From the human T2T-CHM13v2.0 reference genome, Homo sapiens: a stretch of DNA of 64,000 nucleotides. This document shows positions 54,179 to 64,000 of this stretch, one piece after another (within the stretch, counting starts at the first letter, position 1; the number at the start of each line of letters is the position of its first letter). The notes under the pieces are model-generated. The model saw only the letters and a list, made by a program, of their open reading frames with translations. It made no database searches and was not told the DNA's origin. Where the stretch lies: the NCBI RefSeq assembly GCF_009914755.1, contig NC_060927.1. The stretch is one strand, 5' to 3'. The translations under genes and the position numbers were made by a program.

Positions 54179-55958
54179 TAAGTCTCTTTTACTTTGGGGA
54201 AATGTTGATTTGGAAAATGGGAGGTGGAGGTTGGGGGGGGTGGTGGTAACAAAACAGTCTTTTTAGGGAACGTGGTTGCTCTTTTATGCCAGCTGTTGCA
54301 CCAGAACCTCTCAGGAGTTCTTTTAAGGCTGGTGATGCTGCTGTCAGTCTCTGGGCAGATACTAGTTTGAAATTCTCTCGTTGTTACTCCCGTTTTTAGT
54401 AACATGTTATAGAAGGGAGTCTGAACTCCTAATATGAGAGGCTTTACCTAACACGGTCTTGGATCTCCAGAAATAGACCAACCCTGTTGGTGATTAGAGT
54501 CAAATGAGTAGAGCTTTTAATACTTAGTGCCAATGTTAAGTTAAAAAAAGTAAAAAGTAATAAAACCTTCATAGCAGTAAGGTACTCTGCTATTTAACAT
54601 CCCTTGAGCAAAGCTATTAATTTTCTTTTTTTTTTTTTTTTTTTTTTTTTGCTGACTTGCGGGAGAAACTCTGGCATACTACTGTTCCATTTTAAATAAT
54701 GAAACAAGTGTCTGGATAATGTCACGTATCTGGCATAAAATGAAATAAGCTAGAAAATGCAGAGAAGCAGGTGTTCCACCAAAATCCTGTTGCAGGAAGA
54801 AGACATCAGTAGTTTTAGTGAAAGGAGAATGTTAAAATAAAAAATAGTGGCCTGTGTTATTTTAGTCCTTCCACACCTGGAAATGTTGCCAGGAAGAGAA
54901 AAATGAATCCATGTTACAGGAATGCTGGGTCTTTGGACCAAATACCCATGTAGGAAGATAAGATATATCCTTTTTCCCAGTCTTAGTTATGCTAGCTGTA
55001 AAGTGAGTTGCTCCTCAAATTATGTTTCTGTAAATAGCCTCTCTGTTTTCATCTTCATGACTTCAGTGAACTGCCTTTTGCAGTTGAGCAAGGTGATTTT
55101 TCTTGTGGATTATCCTTTTATCATGAATCTTTTGCCTTTTCATTGGAGACTAATTCTGCTGGGTATTGGGAGAGTGGAATTGGTTGTGGGCCTTCCTAGG
55201 TCCTTTCAACCTAGGAAGTTAATATGAGATCCTAATTGCCCAGTGGGACAATTAGACTTGTGGGAAACAAGTTAGCTTTTCAAACCGCCCCCGCCGCCAA
55301 TACATTGTCATTTAAGGCATCATTGCAAAAGAAGTGTACCAAAATGAACAGGTAGCAGATATGTGCCGTACTTTCCTGTATTTGGTGGACTCTGTCGAGG
55401 AATGGCAAGCCGAAGCCTTGCAGGTATGTTGGTTCTGGGATAATCTGGCTGTGCCTCTTCTGCCACTGGACTTTTTGTTCAGCTAGGAATGGAGATGCTT
55501 AGCCCCATTTCTTGCGTCACCGTGCTATGATCACCTCATATTTCTGCCTGGAGACATTTTTCACACTACAGCACAGCACAAGGACAGGGAACCAAGTGGA
55601 GCATGGTGGTCTTATTGAGTTAAGGAGACAGACAAGAGTTTGGGGAGGCAGAATAGGGGAGGGGAGGGAGCTATTTAGAGAAAGAGCTTCATAAATATGC
55701 CTTAGAGTACTCTTCAGTTTTGGCTGAGGGCTAAGCTACGCCTACACGGAGTTGTGAGTCCATGAGGCCAGGAAAGACCACTACTAGGGAAAAGAGAAAG
55801 ATCAGGGAGCTGTAAAATGAATAATAACCAGGGCTCACAAAGGACTGGAAGGCATTCAAATTCTGACTAATTAGGGTGGAAAGACCTCATTGAACACCCT
55901 GGACTGTCAGTAGAGACCCCACAGGGCCACTGGTAGTAGTGCTAAACTGGCTCTAGAG

Positions 55959-56158
55959 CAGGGGCTGGCAAACTGTGGCCAATGGGCTAAGTCCTAGCCC
56001 ATCTAGCCTGCCACCTATTTTTATAAATAAAGTTTTATTGTAACATGGCCACACTCATTTGTTTACATAGTTCAGTTTGAGTAGTTTAGGTCTACAAAAC
56101 CTAAAATATTTAAATATTTACTATTTGGCCTTTTACAGAAAAAGTTTGCCAATTGCTG
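55959..56158 (+). mobile_element. MER58A
   Basis: caggggctggcaaact...aaagtttgccaattgctg, with perfect 8-bp TSD ctctagag at 55951-55958 and 56159-56166. Confidence 0.9.
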
Positions 56159-56163
56159 CTCTA

Positions 56164-56563
<400 letters not shown>

Positions 56564-57458
56564 TCAACATTCTTTAAAGGAAGACAACAAAATCCAGACA
56601 CTGAACATATGAAGAAATGTGACCCATAACCAGGAGGAAACTCCGTCAGTAGAAACAGATCCTGAAATGACAGAGATGATGGAATTAGAGAAGGACTTCA
56701 CAAAGCTTTAAAAACTGCTGTTATAAATTTATGGACTTAAAGGGATACCTGATTATAGTAAGGAAAGATGGGACAATATAAAAAAAAACAAATGGAACTT
56801 TAAGAGATGAAAAATATATCCAAAATGAAAAATTCTCTGGTTTGGCTTAACCTCAGCTTAAACACTATAGAAGGAAAAAATATCAGGGAATTTGAACATA
56901 TGGCAATAACATGAAGAATAATGATTGAGGAGAAAATGAATACTGCCTCTGTGGCCTGTGGGGGAATAACAAGTGGTCTAACATATATATATATATATTT
57001 GGAGCCTCAGAAGGAGAGGAGAGAAAGAGGAGACAGAAAAAAAATTTTGAAGAAACAGCTCCAGATTTTCCAAATGTGATGAAAAATGAAACTCACAAGA
57101 AGCTCAGCAAAGCCTGAGCAAAATAAACATGAAAAAAGCCACATCAAGGCACATCATAATTGTAATCAAATTGTTAAAAACCAAAGATAAGGAGAAAACC
57201 TTAAAACAGAGAAAAGAAAATCTCAGACTATTTGTCAACAACTATGCAAGCCAGAAGACAATAGAGAGACATCTTTAAAGTACTGGGGAAAAATGTCAAC
57301 CTAGGATTCTCACTCAGTAAAATATCTTTCAGAGTTAAAGTCAAAATCAAAATTTTTTCAGACATTCTAGAGTTTCAGAATTCATGACTAATAGACCTGT
57401 ACCTCAATCAGTGTTAAAGACAGTTCCTCAGGGCTGAAGGAAAATGACACGAGGTAGA

Positions 57459-57536
57459 AAAGTGGATCTACACAGAAAGAAATGAAGAGTACCAGAAAGT
57501 GGCTCTACACAAAAAAGAATGAAGAGTACCAGAAAG
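57459..57536. repeat. 37-bp tandem duplication inside L1M
   Basis: aaagtggatctacacagaaagaaatgaagagtaccag / aaagtggctctacacaaaaaagaatgaagagtaccag. Confidence 0.85.
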
Positions 57537-57803
57537 GGTAAATACGTGGGTACATATACAGATATTTCTCCCCTCGTTTAAAAATTTCTTTAAAGGTAAT
57601 TATTTAAAGCAAAAATAATAACAGTGTATTGTGGTGTCTATAGCTTCTATAGAAATAAAGTACATGACAATGGTAGCATGAAGAATAGGAACAGGGAAAT
57701 AGCCATATGGTCTTGTGATGTACTTATACAGTAGTTGGAATGATTAAATATTATCTGAAGATAGACTGTGATACCTTTAAGATGTATATTGTAAACCCTA
57801 GAG

Positions 57804-58055
57804 TATGGATTGGTGAGCTACAACCTGTAGACCAAATCTAGTTTGAGCCTTTTTTTCCCCCACCATTGACAAAGTATTTTATTTACTGCCTACTTTGGCA
57901 AATAAAGCTTCATTGTAATTCAGCCACATTCAGTCATGCCTATGGCTATTTGGTATTATAATGGCAAAGTTGGGTAGTTGTGACAAACCCTATGGCCTGC
58001 AGATTCTAAAATATTTACTATTCGGCACTTTATAGAAAATGTTTACTGACACTTG
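57804..58055 (+). mobile_element. MER58 (A/B), diverged
   Basis: MER58 internal motifs aataaagcttcattg and aaaatatttactatt. TSD ccctagag / ccttagag. Confidence 0.75.
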
Positions 58056-58275
58056 CCTTAGAGAAGCCACTAAAAAAGAAAATCCCAGGTCTATCTAATA
58101 AGCCTATTGTAGAGATTAAATGGAATTTAAAAAAAACCCCTAAATCCAAAACAGGCAAGGAAGAAGAAAAAAGGAACAAAGGACAGGACAAATAGAAAAC
58201 AAACGGCAAGTTGCTAGATTTAAACCTAGGTAAATCCTTATTAAAATCATTATCATGAAGAAAGGATAATGGCCT

Positions 58276-59730
58276 TTCTTTGTGTCCATGTGTTCTCATC
58301 ATTTAGCTCCTACTTATAAGTGAGAACGTGTGGTATTTGGTTTTTTGTTCCTGCGTTAGTTTGCTAAGGATAATGGCCTCCAGCTCCATCCACGTGCCCA
58401 CAAAAGAAATGATCTTGTCCTTTTTTATGACTGCATAGTATTCCTTGGTGTATGTGTATCACATTTTCTTTATCCAATCTGTATTGATGGGCATGTAGGT
58501 TGATTCCATGTCTTTGCTATTGTGAATAGTGCCACAGTGAACATTAACATGCATGTGTCTTTATGGTAGAATGGTTTATTTTTCTCTGGGTGTGTACCCA
58601 GTAATGGGATTTCTGGGTCAAGTGGTAGTTCTGTTGTTAGCTCTTTGAGGAATTGATACACTGCTTTCCACAATGGATGAACTAGTTCACACTCCCACCA
58701 ACAGTGTATAAGCATTCCCTTTTCTCTGCAACCTCGTCAGCATCTGTTATTTTTTGACTTTTTAAGAGTAGCCATTTTAACTGGTGTGAAATGGTATCTC
58801 GTGGTTTTGATTTGCACTTCTCTAACGATCAGTAATATGAACTTTTTAAAATATGCTTCTTGACCACATGTATGTCTTTTGAATAGTATCTCTTCATGTC
58901 CTTTGCTGACTTTTTAATGGGATTTTTCTTTTTTTCTTGAGAAGTTGTTTGAGTTCCTTATAGATGTTGGATATTAGACCTTTGTCTCTCATTCTGTAGG
59001 TTGTCTTTTTACCCTGTTTCTTTTGTTGTGCAGAAGCTCTTAAGTTTAATTAGGCCCATATGTCAGGTTTTGCTTTTGTTGTGATTGCTTTTGGCATCTT
59101 AGTCATGAAATCCTTGCTCATTCCTATGTCCAGAATGGTATTGCCTAGGTTGTCTTCCAGGGTTTTTTATAGTTTTGGGTTTTACATTTAAGTCTTTAAT
59201 CCATCTTGAGTTGATTTTTGTATATAGTATAAGAAAAGGGTCCAGTTTCAATCTTGTGCATATGGCTTGCCAGTTATCCCAGCATGGTTTATTGAATAGG
59301 GAGTCCTTTCCCCATTGCTTGTTTTTGTCACCTTTGTCGAAGATCAGATGGTCGTAGGTGTGTGGCCTTATTTCTGGGCTCTCTGCTATGTTCTGTTGGT
59401 CTGTGTGTCTGTTTTTGTATGAGCACCATGCTGTTTTGGTTACTGCAGCCCTGTATTATAATTTGAAGTCAAGTAGTGTGACACTTCCAGCTTTGTTGTT
59501 TTGCTTAGGATTGCCTTGGCCATCCAGGCTCCTTTTTTGTTCCATATGAATTAAAAAAATTTTTTTTCTAGTTATGTGAAGAATGTCATTGGTGGTTTGA
59601 TAGGAATAACATTGAATCTGTAAATTGCTTTGGGCAGTATGGCTAATTAATTGATATTGAGTCTTCCTATTTGTGAGCATGGTATGTTTTTCCATTTGTT
59701 TGTGTCATGTCTGATTTCTTTGAGCAGTGT
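58276..59730 (-). mobile_element. Older primate L1 (L1PA/PB) fragment lacking a poly-A end
   Basis: The minus-strand ORF HCWWECELVHPLWKAV...ALFTIAKTWNQP is the L1 ORF2 C-terminus. Confidence 0.9.
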
Positions 59731-62700
59731 AAAACCATGAAATTTATAGTAGAAAATATTGGATAAAATCTTTATGACCTCAGTGTAGCCAGAGATGTCT
59801 CGGGACACAAAAAGCTCCAGCCATGAAACAGTAATTGAAAATGTTGACTTTATCAAAATTTAAAACTTTTCTTCAAAAGACAGTGTGAAGACAATGAAAA
59901 AGCAAGGCACAGATTGTGAAAAATATTCACAATACATACACTTGTATTCAGAATATATAAAGAACTCTTACAACCCAATAGTAAGAAGACAACCCAATAA
60001 ACAAATAGGTAAAAGATTTGAACAGATCTTCACAAAAGAAGATATGTGAATCATCAACAAACATCTGAAAAGATGCTCAACATTGTTAGTAATTAGAGAA
60101 ATGCAAATTAAAACTACAGTGACAGTACTGCATACCCACTAGTATTACTAAATGTAAAAAGACTGAACATACCAAGTCTTAACCAAAATATGGAACAACT
60201 GGAACTCTCATACACCACTTGTAGAAATGGAAAATGGTATAATCACTTTGGAAAAAATGCGCCCATTTCTTACAGTGTTAAACATAGACTTACCATATGA
60301 CCATATTACCAGTTCTACTCTTAGGTGTTTATCCAAGAAAAATGAAAACACATGTCCCCAAAAAAACTTTATTCATAATAGAGAAAAACTGGAAGCAACC
60401 CATATATCCCTCAACGGGCGAATGGATAAACTCATTGTGATGTATTTGTGTAATGGGATATTACAGAACAACAAAAAGAAATGAACTGCTGATAAAACAA
60501 CGTGGATGAGTGTCAGAAACATTATGGTGAGCAAAAGAAGATGAGCCAGGAGAACATACTATGTGATTCCATTTATATGAGTTCTAGAAAAAGAAAAAAA
60601 AAAACTCTACCGATAAACAGCCAATCACTGGATACTCAAGGCTGAGCTTCAAGGGAAGCTCTGTACAAGGCTGTGCAAAAGGGGCACAAGAGAATCATTT
60701 AAAATGTTGAAACCTTCCCTATCTTGATCATGGTGTTTGTTGCTTAGGCTTATGCATTTTTCAAAACCCATTGTACACTTTAAATGAGTGTGTTTTATTA
60801 TAGATAAATTAAACTGCAATATAAAGTGATTTAAAATGCAAAAAAAAGGAAACTGAAGTAGAACTGGACTCTAAGAAAAACTTCAGAACATCAGATTATT
60901 TTTTATCTAAAATATGTATGAAATTGGAGTCAAAGAACAGAAGAAAGGTTTTAAAAAAGAAAAGGAAGAATTATGATGTCTTCATTTGAATCAAATTCCT
61001 ACTCACTACAGTTTCCAACTACAGTCTGTATCTCAATCCACTGGATTTTTCCATTCCAACAGTGACCTATTGCTTTTGTCAAGATTCCCAATAGTCAAGA
61101 CATTAAGAAAGTAATTGATATTTCTAAAATGTTAACTGTTAATGTGACCACAAGAGGACTCAGTGTGTCTGCCAGAGCTGAAGTTATTCCTTTAGAGAAA
61201 AGTTTGATCTAAGCCAACTCTTATCCCATGCCTCCAAATTTCAATAAAGATATATTTCAAGCATTCAGGCTCTATTACTTAAGCTTTTTTTGAAGAACGT
61301 GAAGGCTTGTATGTGACTCCTCATTCTGGTGCTTCTGACTTTAGTCAGTTTAGACAGCTCCTTGTCTTTTTTCTCCCACCTTGGGGTAAACTTTTAATAA
61401 CAATCTAGAGTCAGTTACTCCTTTCTCATCCTGTCCTTATCTCTTCAGGCCCGTGGCACTTTTTTTTTTTTTGAGAGGCGTGGTGGTGAGGAACAGAATC
61501 ACGGAATATTAGAGTGGAAAGGTCATTCTCTGAGTCGTTAAATCCAGTTTTGTCATTTTATAGAGAGGAGAACTGAGGCCCAGAGAAGGAGAGGGACTTT
61601 CCTAATATCTCATAACTCTTAGGAGTGGAAACCAGCCCCGGCCCCTTGCAGCCCTGCACTGTGTGGGAACACAGCCTGCTTCTCTCTCTGACTTGGCCTC
61701 TTTGGTGGCAAGAGAGAGACATTTTTCATGTGTTTTCAAGGACATTGCTGAAGAACAAGGAATAAAGGGACCATGATGTATATGTTGCAAAACATGGATA
61801 CTTGAAAGCAGTCTTCAGTCACTACCTGCATAAATTACTTTGCTAACCCTTTGGGGTGAAAATTCCTGTGGCTTGCACATTTCAGAAGAGTTTGAGGTTT
61901 TCTTTCTTTCTTTTTCTTTGTTTTTCTGAAGCTATGAATTTGTTTTGGAGGAGAGACTTTTCACTTTAGCCTTGCTGCAGGGATTTACAGTAATCTTTTA
62001 AAAACTATGCTGAAGAGAGAGAAGCCTGTCATAAATTTGATCTATTTCCTCAGTCATAACTAGGGAGAGCTCACCATCTGAAGCTTTGTAAAGGTAGAGA
62101 CCGGGCTTGTTTTCCCTCCTGGCTGGGTTCGTTGCTAATTGCTGTACTGTTATTAAAACAAAGGGCTGATCTATAAATGCCCCAGAACTACACAACTATA
62201 CCCAATCAGGGCTGTAATCAGACCACCCGATGTTTTATGGACTCGGTGTCTTGGCAATCCAGAGGCACGCCAGTGGGGGCAGTTTCTGCTTTGTCTGCTC
62301 ATTAAACTTTGGACACCTTTTCTTTGTTGCTGGGCCAGTCATTCCCACAATCTGATTGGCCAGAGTTGATGCTGTTTGAAATGGGCAAATTTTATACTTA
62401 CTCTGAAAAACGAGCAATAATTCCAAAGAGTATTTGTTTAAAAGAGCAAAAGTCACTGTTAAATGAGCAGATTGCCTGAAAATAGATTTATCTGAACGTT
62501 CTGAGACTAGGAAAAAATTTATTGTGGCTGCCAGGTACAATATTATTCACATTTCAAGAGAGAGAATGATGATATTAATACCTTACCTTAGGTAACTGCC
62601 TTTAGCCTTTGCACAGCTCCTTAGTATCTGTGATTTACATCCTCCAAATATCCCTATGAAGGTGAAGGTTGGGGTGTGTGTGTTAGTGACTACATTGACT

Positions 62701-62734
62701 ACATATAACATATTAAGATGTGAGACTTTGAAGT

Positions 62735-62880
62735 CATTCATTGATTGATTCATCAGATATTTTTGGAGTACTTCCTATGTGTCAGATACTGTAATAGGCA
62801 CTAGACTAGAACAGACCACATGCACAAATGAGCAGAACAGACTAAAACTCCTTGCTGTTACAGAACCTGTGTTCTAGTGG
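62735..62880 (-). mobile_element. L2 3' fragment
   Basis: tcattcattgattgattcatcagatatttttggagtacttcctatgtgtcagatactgtaataggcact. Confidence 0.65.
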
Positions 62881-62909
62881 GGTCCACATGCCTGTGTTTA
62901 CATGTGTTG

Positions 62910-63070
62910 CTGCTAGTTGTGTGACCTTGGGCAAGCTACTTATTCCTATCGAGTTTGTTTTCTCGTGTGTAACATGGTGTTCATAATTGCTGCTGCATAA
63001 CATTTTGTGAGAATTAATGTGACAATGTATGTGCAGTGCTTAGCACATAGCAAGTGCTCATGAATGGTAG
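62910..63070 (+). mobile_element. MIR
   Basis: tagttgtgtgaccttgggcaagctactta...gtgcttagcacatagcaagtgctca. Confidence 0.75.
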
Positions 63071-63399
63071 CCACCAAGATGGCTGTTGTCATTTTAGTTT
63101 GCAGCAGTTCCACTTGTCATCATTGAGTTCCCAGGGAGTCCCCTCTTCTTTGGGAACAGACTTGCTCTCTGTTGCTCCATTGCGGTAAAAACAGATGAGG
63201 TTAATCCCTGTCCCAATCATTTTGGAGATGGCGTCGTTTGTATTCCAATTCCACAGCCCAGTTCTTGTCTTTGTCTTCCTTTTATTTAAGCAGCAGCCAC
63301 ACAGAATTAGCCCTTTTCAAAAATAAATAAGATTATCATCCTGTTTTGCGTCCCTGGGGTAACAGACTCTAACATTTCTTTCTCTTTCTCTTCTTTCAG

Positions 63400-63542
63400 A
63401 TTGTTTAGTGTAATTTTGGAACAATTAACCAAAGAAACAGAAGGCGGGAACCACTCAAGCGGCAAATCTGGAGGCTTTGATGTCAAAGCCCTCCGTGCCT
63501 TTCGAGTGTTGCGACCACTTCGACTAGTGTCAGGAGTGCCCA
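63400..63542 (+). CDS. CACNA1D: CACNA1D internal coding exon, probably exon 5; end of IS3, IS3-S4 loop and IS4 voltage sensor
   Basis: Acceptor tctctttctcttctttcag|A and donor CCCA|gtaagc. 143 nt. Joins the previous exon in frame (GG+A = Gly). Translation [47 protein letters not shown] contains the S4 K/R-x-x repeat. Confidence 0.98.
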
Positions 63543-64000
63543 GTAAGCACTTATTGTTTCCTAGAGTCAGGAGTGTGCTGGTTTTTTCTTCCAGGTGGGT
63601 TTCAGAATCACTGGTGCTTTGAGGTGAGTTGCTCTGTGCCAGCCAGGGGTCAGCAGATGACCATGGCCTCCTTCACAGTTGACAGGACACTTTGGCTTGC
63701 ACTGTCACGTTGGATCCCCATGACAGAATGACAGGCAGTTATTGTCATTCTGATTTTGTGGACGAAAGAATCTTCTCTTGCAGAAAGACAAGGTGAGGTG
63801 TTGGGGTGAGACCTTGGCTTCAGGCCTTTAATTCCAGTCTATTTTTCCTCTCTGGCAACATGCTGCCATCCACGCCTCCACTCCCAGGCCTGCCCCTCTG
63901 AAAGTGGTGGGTTTGTGGATGAGGGTGTTGGAGTACTTAGCTGCGTGCCTTTTTTTTTTTCCCCAAATGGGGAGCATCAGAGGGATGGACTCCTGGAAAC

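Noticed and set aside
63401-63622. 73-aa ORF as a stand-alone small protein
   Set aside because: It is the CACNA1D exon read through its donor into the intron, and it starts at TTG, not ATG.

Overview
Primate (human or great ape) genomic DNA inside CACNA1D, the gene for the L-type voltage-gated Ca2+ channel alpha-1D subunit (Cav1.3), transcribed on the + strand. Only two coding exons are present: 54038-54177 (140 nt, domain I S2-S3) and 63400-63542 (143 nt, end of S3, the S3-S4 loop and the S4 voltage sensor). From my recollection of the gene structure these are exons 4 and 5. Everything upstream of 54038 is the distal part of a very long phase-0 intron, and a 9,222-nt intron separates the two exons. 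The introns carry many interspersed repeats: about 15 Alu/FLAM copies, several L1 fragments with nested insertions, a near-full-length Tigger1, an ERV-L remnant (LTR plus integrase/dUTPase fossil), MLT1 LTRs, four MER58, one MADE1, and MIR/L2 fragments. Nearly all entries in the ORF track are chance or repeat-derived. I found no convincing undescribed multi-gene system. The most interesting signals are small: a TSD-flanked 5'-inverted (twin-primed-like) Alu, a stronger latent donor behind an in-frame stop just after exon 5, a long AG-exclusion zone before exon 4, a candidate in-frame 57-nt cassette exon, an L1 junction with a templated insertion, and an AluY with an atypical mutation spectrum. 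Repeat subfamilies and old-repeat boundaries were assigned by eye and are approximate.
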